A DNA stretch of 33,657 nt from Candidatus Bathyarchaeia archaeon. Lineage in GTDB: Archaea > Thermoproteota > Bathyarchaeia > Bathyarchaeales > Bathycorpusculaceae. The notes beneath the pieces are model-generated. The model worked only from the letters and a program-made list of their open reading frames with translations, was not told the DNA's origin and did no database searches. Shown here piece by piece: positions 10,957 through 19,709 of this stretch. Where the stretch lies: contig JBAYSO010000001.1 of assembly GCA_041676085.1 (NCBI GenBank), positions 1-33,657 on the forward strand. Reading direction: 5' to 3'. A program made the position numbers and the translations under genes. Within the stretch, counting starts at the first letter, position 1; the number at the start of each line of letters is the position of its first letter.

Positions 10957-12564
10957 ATGCTAGTCTCTGCAATCAAACGTCAAACATTACCTTTCTCTGC
11001 TCCTAAAAGCAGAGAAGCCCAATTAGAAGCAGCAACCGTTTTTGTCATGGCAGAGGTCAATAGGAGTAAAGGCGGCGGCTTGCTCAACCGACAACCACAA
11101 GAAACTCTGAGGCTCATCACCAGAGTAGGTTATCCACTTTGGGTATGTTCAAAAAATAATGCGCCTCCCTTAATCTTTGATGGCTTAGACGTCTACAGTC
11201 ATAACGTCATTTATGATGAAGAACCATCCGCAACTTCTTTTATGAATGCTTTACAGAATTATCAGCAGCCCCGGGAAAACTACGTTACTTTCTTATGTGA
11301 TCAATGTACATATTTTCAGCAGCCACCTAAAACTAAACAATTCGTCTTTAGAGGTCTAATATCAGAAACAGATTTCCAGGCTGATTTTAGCATTTACCGC
11401 AGGGAAGCCACAGAAATAACTTTACCGCAAAATCTATTGCCACTCATTCTTGAAGAGCAAACTTTAAACGCCACTTTTACAGACCTTGACCGTCTTTTGG
11501 CTTTTTTTGCAGAAGAAAAAGCAAAGCTATTGGAAATCCAGAAGCTATTGAAAAAAATAACGAGTCAATACATCACTGAAATTGAATATGAAGCTGCTGC
11601 AGCTAAAGAAGAAGCAGACGCAAAAATAAAAGCGTTAAGTGAGTTCATCAATCCACAAGTAGTGAAATTTAGAAAAGAGTATAACCGTAGAATCAAAAAA
11701 CTGGGAGCAAGTTTTGATAAAGATCTTGATGACCTCTATAAGTTAAAAATTAGAACTGAAAAAATGATCTCTAAGTGTGAGTCTCAGTTTCGTGAGTATG
11801 AATGTAATGCGAGAACAGCAAGCAGGCGAGGGCATGAAATTTATGAGCAACGTTGGAAAGATAAGGCGAAGCAAATTCAGAAGGTAATTTCAGAATTTAG
11901 AAGGGAACTGAAAAATATTGAGAATAATGTCAATAGGTTGAGGAAACAAAAGGGTTTTGATTTATCCAAGCTTAAGCAGGAGTTGGATGTTGAGGTCAAA
12001 AGGCTTTACCAACCCATAGTAGATATTGAGGTTGCAAAGGATGAGAAAATCTTGGCATACAAACAAGAAAGCAACAGATTGATTGCATGCGAGAAGCCTA
12101 TAGCTGAAGGTATTGCACGGAGCTTAGAGATTAGAGAAACAACCAGTAGAGTATTTGATGGGTTAAGCGTAGGTGAACAAAAAAATGTTTCTTTATTTTA
12201 TATTCCGATATATGTTGTTTGTTTTGAAGCTAATTTATCCCAAAGGTATATTTTGATTTCACCCTCTTCGATTAGTAATTTTGATTTTTCTGTAAAATTA
12301 AGGGGGGTTTTAGGTAGGTCAAAAGTAAAAGACATGTTAGCACCTAGATTTAGGGCTATTGCAGCACTCACCACTAAAGTAGAGGAGCGTATACAGCACA
12401 GTAGTACCTTTGAAGTACAACTTGTGAGTTTAGGGGAAAAAAATAATTTGTTAAAATCACCAACTTTTGTTGGGAGTGTTTTAGAGGGATTGGAGGTTTT
12501 AAAACAAACCGAATGGGTAACTGAAAAAGAAGCAAAAGATTTTGCTAGTCAATTAACCGCGTAG
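10957..12564 (+). CDS. Hypothetical protein with long central coiled coil
   Basis: 535 aa; K/E-rich heptad region flanked by globular GYPLW and FYIPIY segments. Confidence 0.75.
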   Translation: MLVSAIKRQTLPFSAPKSREAQLEAATVFVMAEVNRSKGGGLLNRQPQETLRLITRVGYPLWVCSKNNAPPLIFDGLDVYSHNVIYDEEPSATSFMNALQNYQQPRENYVTFLCDQCTYFQQPPKTKQFVFRGLISETDFQADFSIYRREATEITLPQNLLPLILEEQTLNATFTDLDRLLAFFAEEKAKLLEIQKLLKKITSQYITEIEYEAAAAKEEADAKIKALSEFINPQVVKFRKEYNRRIKKLGASFDKDLDDLYKLKIRTEKMISKCESQFREYECNARTASRRGHEIYEQRWKDKAKQIQKVISEFRRELKNIENNVNRLRKQKGFDLSKLKQELDVEVKRLYQPIVDIEVAKDEKILAYKQESNRLIACEKPIAEGIARSLEIRETTSRVFDGLSVGEQKNVSLFYIPIYVVCFEANLSQRYILISPSSISNFDFSVKLRGVLGRSKVKDMLAPRFRAIAALTTKVEERIQHSSTFEVQLVSLGEKNNLLKSPTFVGSVLEGLEVLKQTEWVTEKEAKDFASQLTA

Positions 12565-12654
12565 TGTACAATGAAAAACCTTATTCTATCGGTCATATAG
12601 ATACTATTTATAGTAGTCTTATCAGATGCAACAAACGGTGGCTATGGCTAATTT

Positions 12655-13077
12655 ATGGCTGATGTTAACAATTGCATACTGAAGGTTTCTGATCTGGGAG
12701 TAAAAATTCAGAACTAAACGATTCTAGAACATATCAGCTTCAATGCTAAGAAGGTACAACCGTAGCAACATTGTGTCCTAATGATACAGAGAAAACTTGT
12801 TTCGTGCATTATTAACCTCACTTGTGGGTTTTCTAGTAATAGCCCCAGCAATTGCAGCAAAAAAACCTGAGTAAAAAACATGCGAATTTGCGCCATTTTA
12901 AGTGCTATTTTCAGTTTAGTATCTGCCGTTTTTGGTGTTGTTTTAGTAGCTTACCTTAATCAACCACGGGGTTCAGTAGTGGTTATTTGCGGAATAACTG
13001 TTTTTGTGGCAACGATATTGATTAATTGGAAAAAAAACTACTCTAGGGGTGATTTGCTTGAAGAAGTATACAGGTAA
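12655..13077 (+). pseudogene. Collapsed Zn/Mn ABC transporter relic: ATPase N-terminus joined to permease C-terminus
   Basis: MADVNNCILKVSDLGVKIQN*TILEHISF..GTTVATLCPNDTEKT (decayed Walker A) is followed by VGFLVIAPAIAAKNLSKNMRICAILSAIF..GSVVVICG (ZnuB-like end). Confidence 0.7.
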
Positions 13078-13483
13078 AACGTCGACTGCAATAATTCTAT
13101 ACTCCGAAGATAGGATTCTGTTGATAAAACGCAACACTAAACCCTTTTTGGGTTACTGGGGGTTGCCAGGTGGCAGAATGGACCCCGGAGAAACTATTGA
13201 GCAAACAGTTCTACGAGAGGTTAAGGAAGAGACTGGTCTTGGTGTTAAAATCGTTAGTGTAGTAGGCGAATATGTAGAGAAGGGAGTTAAAGACGATATA
13301 GAATATGACTATTATCCTACATGTTTTGTTGTTGAGCCAGTTGATGGAGAACTAAAAAAGCAGGATAGTGAAATTCAAGAAATGCATCTTTTTAGTTTAA
13401 ATTCCCTACCTTTGCCTTTGGCGTTTGAGCATGAAAAAATGATAAAGGATTATATTTCACACCGACAAGGTGTTGAAATATAA
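13049..13483 (+). CDS. Nudix hydrolase (MutT/ADP-ribose pyrophosphatase-like)
   Basis: Nudix box GGRMDPGETIEQTVLREVKEETGL; LAFEH near the C-terminus. Confidence 0.93.
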   Translation: MICLKKYTGKTSTAIILYSEDRILLIKRNTKPFLGYWGLPGGRMDPGETIEQTVLREVKEETGLGVKIVSVVGEYVEKGVKDDIEYDYYPTCFVVEPVDGELKKQDSEIQEMHLFSLNSLPLPLAFEHEKMIKDYISHRQGVEI

Positions 13484-13492
13484 TTTTAGGTG

Positions 13493-14443
13493 TTACTGTT
13501 GACTTTTGGTTCTTGTTTGTGGTGGCGGTGGAATTGGTAGAACTGTTCCTTTAGTTAGATTTTCTTGTTCATTTAATATTAACGAGATTGCTTTACCTTC
13601 GGGTACGATTATTTTTGTGTTGTTCTGTAATGATGAAGAAATTGTTTCAAGTTGCTTGAATGTTATTGCTGAGTCTTTAAAGTAAGTTGTTAGTGCTTCA
13701 TTGCGCAGTTTTGTTGCTTCCGCGTCACCTTCAGCGATGGCTATAGTTGCGGTTTTTTGACCTTCTGCTTGTAATATAGCTGATTGTTTTTGACCTTCTG
13801 CACGTTGGATTGCAGCGTTTTTTTCTCCGCTGGCAAGTGTTGCTTGGGCGATGGCGGTTTTTTCTGCTGCTTGGCGTTCGTTGTCTGCTTTAAGTACGGA
13901 CTCCATTGAACTCATTAATCCTCTGGGTGGTTCAAGGTCTTTGATTTCTGCACGTACGATTTCTATGCCCCAGTCTTTGGTTTGTTCGTCTAGTGCTTCT
14001 TTGAGTTTAGCGTTGATGGTCGGGCGTGAAGTGTTCGCCACAGTCATGTCCATGCCACCGATGATATCGCGGAGCACGGTTCGTGCGAGTGTGTCAATTT
14101 GAGATTCATAGTTATTAACGAAGTATTGTGATGCCTTCACTGCTGTTTCATCAGTTTTGACTTTGTAGAACACTACTGCGTCTACGCCCATGAAGACTTT
14201 GTCTCGGGTGATTACGTCTTGGCGTTGTACTGGAGTCATACGTTCAGTAATGTTTACTTTGATGATGCGGTCTACAAAGGGTACAAGCAAGGTTATGCCT
14301 GAATGTACGAATCGGTGGTATCTTCCAAGGCGCTCGACTAATCCTCTTTCAGTTGGTCTGACTATTCGTAGTGATGAAATCAATGCATACACTATTATGG
14401 CTAAAGGTATTACGATGGCTATGATTTGGATTATATCAACCAT
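13493..14443 (-). CDS. SPFH/band-7 (stomatin/QmcA-like) membrane protein
   Basis: N-terminal TM, GLVERLGRY, QDVITRD, LRDIIGGM, WGIEIVRAEIKD and repeated AEGQKQ coiled coil. Confidence 0.93.
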   Translation of the reverse strand: MVDIIQIIAIVIPLAIIVYALISSLRIVRPTERGLVERLGRYHRFVHSGITLLVPFVDRIIKVNITERMTPVQRQDVITRDKVFMGVDAVVFYKVKTDETAVKASQYFVNNYESQIDTLARTVLRDIIGGMDMTVANTSRPTINAKLKEALDEQTKDWGIEIVRAEIKDLEPPRGLMSSMESVLKADNERQAAEKTAIAQATLASGEKNAAIQRAEGQKQSAILQAEGQKTATIAIAEGDAEATKLRNEALTTYFKDSAITFKQLETISSSLQNNTKIIVPEGKAISLILNEQENLTKGTVLPIPPPPQTRTKSQQ

Positions 14444-14579
14444 TTTGTTCTTCTTTCTCCCTCTCTATTTTGCTTGTTTTTATTGCAGTTGATAATGCAT
14501 ATGCAAGCAAGAATTAAGGTTTGTCATTATACCGCCTTAACACTTTGTAGTGGTGAACCAAATGCTATTTTATGTGGTA

Positions 14580-14862
14580 ACCTCCGACAGCGCATACCTG
14601 GGCGTAAAACTGACCAGTCTGATTCGGAATGGCTTGCTTTTCTGCTAAGAGACGAGCAGATAAAGTCCAGTTATGTTCCAGCAAAGCATCTACGTGAGTT
14701 GCGTGAGCAAACCCGTCTGAGGTAAAATACGTTCAGAATAGAACGCAGTTTAAGAACCGGTACCAGAAAGTACTCAACAGAGTCAACATCAAGCTGCACT
14801 CTAAGTTAAGCGCCGTCTTTGGCAAGGCAGGAATGGAGATACTAAATGGTTTGATGGCGGGC
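14580..14862 (+). pseudogene. IS110-family transposase internal fragment, frameshifted
   Basis: IPGRKTDQSDSEWLAFLLR..SYVP..LRELREQTRLR, then a frame change at ~14722 to VKYVQNRTQFKNRYQKVLNRVNIKL..SAVFGKAGMEILNGLMAG. Confidence 0.85.
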
Positions 14863-14933
14863 CCGGAGGGATTTGAACCCTCGATCTCCGGCTCCGAAGG
14901 CCGACACCTTAATCCGTGCTAGGCTACGAGCCC
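14855..14933 (-). tRNA. tRNA-Arg(TCG), intronless, CCA encoded
   Basis: Reverse complement reads GGGCTCG..TCGGC-CT TCG GA-GCCGG..GAGGG-TTCAAAT-CCCTC-CGGGCCC-G-CCA. Confidence 0.95.
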
Positions 14934-14953
14934 TTTTCCATGGAAAACTACTA

Positions 14954-14999
14954 GTACACGGTGCTAAATGCGATAGCGGTTTCTTAGTGGTACACGGTG
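14954..14999. repeat. 10-bp direct repeat GTACACGGTG x2 between integrase and tRNA
   Basis: Copies at 14954-14963 and 14990-14999. Confidence 0.6.
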
Positions 15000-15021
15000 T
15001 ATTTAGGTTTTTCATGTCACA

Positions 15022-16407
15022 TCAATCCGTTTTTGGCTTGCGATAGTAGAGAACGCCGTTGAGTTCGCCATATTTTTCATAGCCTTTTCTGCCGACTTCT
15101 CTTAGTGTCTGCGCATCTCTGACTTCTATGACGTCGTATTCTTGGTCGCCAAAGCATTGAGCGGCTAGCTGTGCGTAGATTTGAATGTAGGCTAAGGAGC
15201 TGTGCCCCAGCAGGTATTGAACGGCGTCGGGATTGCCTTTGGCGTGGCGTTCTTTGGTTGCTCCCCAGTATCGGCAACTGTAGAAGCTGATCTTCTTTAG
15301 CTCTGGGTTGCCGAATTGTCTGACGGCTCGGCGGCGCATTCGTCTGAAGACTGTTCCTGCGTTGTCGGTTGTTCCGTAGGTGAAGACCAGTTTACCGTTG
15401 AGGTGTGGTAGTGCCAGCAGCATTTCTATGAGTTGCTCGCTGACTGGGATGCTTCGACTGTTGCCGCCTTTGGCTGGATGGTTGATGTTAATTCGCTTGT
15501 GGGGTTTGTCGATATCGTTCCATTCGATTCTAAGAGCTTCAATAGGTCTGGCGCCTGTTGCTTGCATTGTAAAGCAGAAAGCCGCCATTTGATGGCTACA
15601 ATGTGAGAATAGCTGGTCTTGGTGTTCTTTGGGCGGTATGTAGGGGGTTTTGCGTTTGAATTTGATTTTAGGTATGTCTGCTTTGATGCCGTTGTGTGCT
15701 AGGAAACTTTTGTAGGCTTTGGTCAATCCATGCCGCCTTATAGGCGTCATCTTTTTCAGGGTATCGTTGAATGCCATGCCTTCTTTGAAGGATTCAGGGT
15801 TGAATAGGTCGACGCCTAGCTTTGAGAGCCGTAGTAGCGAGTAGCCGTAGTTTCTGATAGTGACGTCCACTTTGCCTTCTATTTTGAGTTGCCACTGGAA
15901 GTCTTTGATGATAAGATCTATTCCGCGGGCTACTTGTTTTTCTCCCTGCAAAACGCTGATTTTTTCAGGCGTTTCGAGTGTCAAGTTTTTCGCATCTTTC
16001 TTTAAGACGCATACTTGGCTACTCTCAGTATTAGCGCCCTTAGTTTTTAAATTCAACGTCGGAAAATAGCTATCTGCAACCCGTTTAGCCCGCTTCAGGT
16101 CGTCTGAATCGGAAAAGCGACGTCCACATGACCGGCAGACATAGCGCTGGATTTTCACGTCAAAATTGCTGTCCGCAAAGCCATTTCGGAATACCTTAAA
16201 GCTGTTGCACTCGGGGCATTGAACCGTCTTACTGCGTACATCCTGGCTATCCGCGGGTATAGTCATGGTAATGTTTGGTTGAGGTTCATTTGAGAGCGTC
16301 TCAGCGTCAAAATCAGTACGAAAGTGGCATGTATCGACGTCAACGCTGCTACTGCCAAGTATGCCTGGAGAGGCGGACGCTTTTCCCTGAACCTCAGCCT
16401 CAACCAT
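15022..16407 (-). CDS. Tyrosine recombinase/integrase with N-terminal zinc ribbon
   Basis: CPECNS..RNG..QRYVCRSCGRRF; catalytic set TGARPIE(R), AKGG(K), FYSCR, LLGHSS(H), QIY(Y); true start uncertain. Confidence 0.92.
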   Translation of the reverse strand: MVEAEVQGKASASPGILGSSSVDVDTCHFRTDFDAETLSNEPQPNITMTIPADSQDVRSKTVQCPECNSFKVFRNGFADSNFDVKIQRYVCRSCGRRFSDSDDLKRAKRVADSYFPTLNLKTKGANTESSQVCVLKKDAKNLTLETPEKISVLQGEKQVARGIDLIIKDFQWQLKIEGKVDVTIRNYGYSLLRLSKLGVDLFNPESFKEGMAFNDTLKKMTPIRRHGLTKAYKSFLAHNGIKADIPKIKFKRKTPYIPPKEHQDQLFSHCSHQMAAFCFTMQATGARPIEALRIEWNDIDKPHKRININHPAKGGNSRSIPVSEQLIEMLLALPHLNGKLVFTYGTTDNAGTVFRRMRRRAVRQFGNPELKKISFYSCRYWGATKERHAKGNPDAVQYLLGHSSLAYIQIYAQLAAQCFGDQEYDVIEVRDAQTLREVGRKGYEKYGELNGVLYYRKPKTD

Positions 16408-16410
16408 AAT

Positions 16411-16695
16411 TTAAGAGGCCTCCTTTTCGTCTGCTGGCTGGCACCTATCATCTTGATCCCAGCTAATGGTCATATGCTGGTCACATTCAGAGATGGACCA
16501 CCCAACGACCTCTCTAACTTGCGGCTGCATCAAAAAAGCAGAAGCCCGATTATACAGGACATGATCACAATAACGAACAAAAATCAGTGGTTTTGATGGG
16601 TTCAAAAGAACAGCGTTGACTTCTTCATTTAGGCAGGACTTACAATTCGTTTCGCCAAATATGCCGTCAGGAGTTTTATTTGTAAGTCCAGCCAT
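16411..16695 (-). CDS. Small hypothetical protein, Cys-containing
   Basis: 94 aa, ends 3 nt before the integrase ORF; CKSC and CDH. Confidence 0.55.
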   Translation of the reverse strand: MAGLTNKTPDGIFGETNCKSCLNEEVNAVLLNPSKPLIFVRYCDHVLYNRASAFLMQPQVREVVGWSISECDQHMTISWDQDDRCQPADEKEAS

Positions 16696-16702
16696 TTTCC
16701 CA

Positions 16703-16901
16703 TCAACCTACTGTCTGTTTGTGTTGAGTCGTTTTGGTTTCCTTCTCAAAGATTGGCTGCAGAGTTATATTGTCGCTGACATCCATTGATAGCGCGATTA
16801 CTTTCCTACCTGTTTGGTCTTCGGGCGTTTGTTAGCCATGATTTAGGTATGGTGACTGCTTTGCTGTGACCCAGGTTTAGGATGTTTCTGATTATGGGCA
16901 T
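16703..16901 (-). pseudogene. AbrB/MazE-like DNA-binding protein with a +1 frameshift
   Basis: MPIIRNILNLGHSKAVTIPKSWLTNA, continuing in another frame as EDQTGRKVIALSMDVSDNITLQPIFEKE..*. Confidence 0.72.
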
Positions 16902-16914
16902 ACTTGATTCTCCA

Positions 16915-16993
16915 TTATGCGTGTCTACGCGTAAGTAGGTTTACATCCAACATTAACATTTTTTATGCATGGTAAAGGCATGTCTACGCATAA
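16915..16993. promoter_or_regulatory. Paired operator-like sites in the divergent promoter
   Basis: TTATGCGT-gtct-ACGCGTAA (16915-16934) and aaagGCaT-gtct-ACGCATAA (16974-16993). Confidence 0.6.
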
Positions 16994-17747
16994 TAAAAAA
17001 GCAAACACAAAAGTAAGCAAAAAAATGGAAAGCATACTCACGCCCCTAAGATACCTTGCTCATCACAAAGAAGCATCAGTAGAGGAAATCGCTAAGGAGA
17101 CTGGAAAAAACTACTCGACCATTCTCAGAACGATAACTGAACTTATCGAGAAAGGATTAGTAGATTATCATCATGAAAGAACTGCGCCCAGAGGAAAAGA
17201 GCTACGAATTTACAGCGCAAACTTGTACGGATTAATTTTCTACTGGAACGGACACTTTTCCAGTTTAGACATAAAAGAGGTTGCTAAAGCGCATGAGGAT
17301 ATGTTGCTTGTTTTCAAGAAATGGGAAAAGTTCGTTAAGGCAAAATGCGAACCTTACATGCTTGCTAGAGTAGCTTCGGCTGTGACTGCTGAGTTTCAAT
17401 TCCATAGTCAACAATATAATATGCTCATGGTAGTAGCAGGCTTGAGAGGAGCAGACATGATTAATATTTTTCGGAAGTCGGAGGAGCCTGCCCGTAGAGC
17501 TGCTTTTGATGTGACGGCTTTAGGCTTTAATTTCATGGCTCTTCCAGTGGAGCATGTTAAGGAGTTTTTGGGCAAGCAACAATGGCAGCAACTGGAGAGG
17601 ATATGGGCTGTTGTTGAAAGCGATTATGAACTTAGAGCAAAAAGGGACGAGTTTCTTGACAGGCTTGAAAGGGACCATGTAGAAGGTCTCAAAGCTATTG
17701 CAGAATGGAGAAAGTATCTAAAGCAAGAGCAAACATCACCAAAATAG
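16965..17747 (+). CDS. Winged helix-turn-helix transcriptional regulator with C-terminal helical domain
   Basis: ASVEEIAKETGKNYSTILRTITELIEKGLVD..RGKELRIYS; start may be 16980 or 17025. Confidence 0.82.
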   Translation: MHGKGMSTHNKKANTKVSKKMESILTPLRYLAHHKEASVEEIAKETGKNYSTILRTITELIEKGLVDYHHERTAPRGKELRIYSANLYGLIFYWNGHFSSLDIKEVAKAHEDMLLVFKKWEKFVKAKCEPYMLARVASAVTAEFQFHSQQYNMLMVVAGLRGADMINIFRKSEEPARRAAFDVTALGFNFMALPVEHVKEFLGKQQWQQLERIWAVVESDYELRAKRDEFLDRLERDHVEGLKAIAEWRKYLKQEQTSPK

Positions 17748-17750
17748 TCG

Positions 17751-18188
17751 AAACGGTTCAGCGGTAGAAGGAATAAAAAAATATTTTTTTTCTTGCAGGC
17801 TACCTATCTCTTTCCAGAGAAGAAGAAAAAACAGCTTATTTTCCACGGCAAAGCCCTTTTTTTCTTTCAACTTAAGACTAAAACGGTAGCTTGAAAAAGA
17901 AGAAGAAGACAATGACTCGCAGCGCAACCTGTTGTCTTCTTCTTTTAGTTGGAAGAAGAAAAAACGCTGTTGGCAAGCAGTTATTTTTTCTTCTTTCAGC
18001 CCCTAGCTAAGAAACGGAAATAATCGAAAGAACAACAACACTGGTGCATTTTGGTTTGTTGTTGTTCTTCTTTCAGGTTAGTGGTTAGAAGGGTTTGATG
18101 GCACACATGGGTTGACGCGCCATGATTAAGGGTTAACAGGGGTTTTTCGAGAAGGGCAGTTTGGGCTATGGCATGCCAACCCTTAATC
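17751..18188. repeat. Array of inverted repeats with (GAA)-rich left arms, (TTC)-rich right arms and unique loops
   Basis: Perfect stems 17900-17912/17932-17944, 17953-17964/17984-17995, 18028-18040/18057-18069; imperfect stem 17819-17868; separate 11-bp IR 18124-18134/18178-18188. Confidence 0.8.
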
Positions 18189-18304
18189 GTCCCTGTATCA
18201 GCCATGATGGCATAAAAATTTATTCCCAAATTAAGGAGCTCCAGTTGTAACTACGGTGCTTGATAGTCGTAAACGCTTTAAAGCTTAATGGGTAAACAAA
18301 AAGT

Positions 18305-18772
18305 ATGGATGAGCCAATACCCTTATTGAGCCTCAATCAAAATACACTAAAATCCGAGACACTCAAACACATCTCTCGTGTGTTAAAGAGGAGAAATATA
18401 CCGCATGTCTTGATAGTGAACCCCGACAGGTTTTGGTCGTACCATCGCTACCTAATAGAAGTATTCTCAAATCAGGAACCTGAAACTTTTCCACGCTACT
18501 ACTTCGACCGTGCATTCTGCAGAACAAAGCATCAGACGATGATTCACGATATTGCTTATAGGGAAAGGTTAGATATTGCGATTAAGGGTACTGTTGAAGT
18601 TATGGTTAAAGGGCAGATGAGAAATGGCGCTAACAGGATTTATTTCTCCGAGGGCTTAGCAAGAGTTGATGAGATACGCAAATTCTATGTCTGGGACTAC
18701 GGCAAAGGCGACTCTGCCTTACGCATAGACGCATACATTGACCCATACAGGCACAAATCTAATCAAGTATAG
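18305..18772 (+). CDS. Hypothetical protein
   Basis: 155-aa ORF preceded by AAACGCTTTAAAG (BRE/TATA-like) about 27 nt upstream. Confidence 0.65.
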   Translation: MDEPIPLLSLNQNTLKSETLKHISRVLKRRNIPHVLIVNPDRFWSYHRYLIEVFSNQEPETFPRYYFDRAFCRTKHQTMIHDIAYRERLDIAIKGTVEVMVKGQMRNGANRIYFSEGLARVDEIRKFYVWDYGKGDSALRIDAYIDPYRHKSNQV

Positions 18773-19106
18773 CCGAATTGATTTTTGTCGAAAACGAGGC
18801 TGGGTTAGTTTTTTAATAGCTGATGTCTCCAAGATGAGGCCTAAGAGGCTGAGGCTGGTAATTCAGGGCGTTAAAAGCTACATCCACATAGAAGCAGATT
18901 ACCTGTTGCGGATACACCGGATAGAATCAGAAACGCTCTCAGAATGGAAATGCCTAGCCGCATCATGGAAAATACAGCTAAACAGAGCACAAACCCCAGA
19001 GGAGAAAACCAAATACGAAAACCTGCTAAACAGCGCCCAAGAGCACATCAAACAGTTCCTTGAAGCCGGCGTAAAAGAAGTTAAGGAGCTTAAGGAGGTC
19101 GATTGA
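18738..19106 (+). CDS. Hypothetical protein, helical; start may be ATG 18834
   Basis: Open frame following the previous ORF; ends over the GGAGGT that precedes the next ORF. Confidence 0.55.
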   Translation: MTHTGTNLIKYSRIDFCRKRGWVSFLIADVSKMRPKRLRLVIQGVKSYIHIEADYLLRIHRIESETLSEWKCLAASWKIQLNRAQTPEEKTKYENLLNSAQEHIKQFLEAGVKEVKELKEVD

Positions 19107-19114
19107 TTTTGTCG

Positions 19115-19276
19115 ATGACTAAAAAAGAAATAGATGCGCTCCTCAGCGAGGTTAAATCTTTCGCTGATAAAATAAGGCTGAGCGGTAACAAAGAAGTGCT
19201 CTCTTGTTGGGATTGGCTCATAGCTGACTTTGCATTACATCAATATACCGTACAGGTCACCAAAAATTCCTGTTAA
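19115..19276 (+). CDS. Small hypothetical protein, 53 aa (not in ORF track)
   Basis: MTKKEIDALLSEVKSFADKIRLSGNKEVLSCWDWLIADFALHQYTVQVTKNSC*, with AAGGAGGT upstream. Confidence 0.55.
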   Translation: MTKKEIDALLSEVKSFADKIRLSGNKEVLSCWDWLIADFALHQYTVQVTKNSC

Positions 19277-19709
19277 CAATGGCCAATTTGCTATTTAAGA
19301 CAACTATAATAAATTTCACTATACAAAATACTGTGTTTTACTTGCATCTAACCACTAAGTCAATCAACGGGTGAGTTATGGTGAGTTAAAGGCATCGCTG
19401 GAGCTGTTTCAAGCTGAATTGGGGATAGCCAATAGAAGGGGCAGGTTGTTGTAAATTAAAGATATCGCCGTAGCTTTACCAAGTTGGAACTGGACCAAGC
19501 CAATATCGGTACACATGCGTAAGTAGTATTGAAGTAAACGCCAAGTATAGGTCTGAAAAGCGTAGGTTACTCCATTTTTAGCAAAGTAGCCAACGGCTTC
19601 AGGATGGTTTAGGCTTGATTGATTAACAAGGTATAGATATCTATGAGATACGAGGGGTCAGATGGATATATTATTTCTTGACTAACTTTTCCTATGTTTG
19701 TTAATTGAG

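Noticed and set aside
14444-14580. IS110 bridge-RNA non-coding end
   Set aside because: The transposase 5' part is missing, and this interval is better explained as the SPFH promoter region
17751-18077. CRISPR array interpretation of the hairpin region
   Set aside because: No identical direct repeats, irregular spacing and no cas genes in the window; kept only as an inverted-repeat array
17736-18229. Minus-strand 63-aa and 77-aa ORFs
   Set aside because: Low-complexity translations of the hairpin array
5782-18272. 14-nt match CTTGATAGTCGTAA at 5782 and 18259
   Set aside because: A few 14-mer matches are expected by chance in 33 kb of AT-rich DNA, and there is no flanking similarity
19400-19705. 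Possible decayed exported-protein gene on the minus strand (TNIGKVSQEIIYPSDPSY..)
   Set aside because: Fragmentary frames, no start codon, family not recognisable by eye
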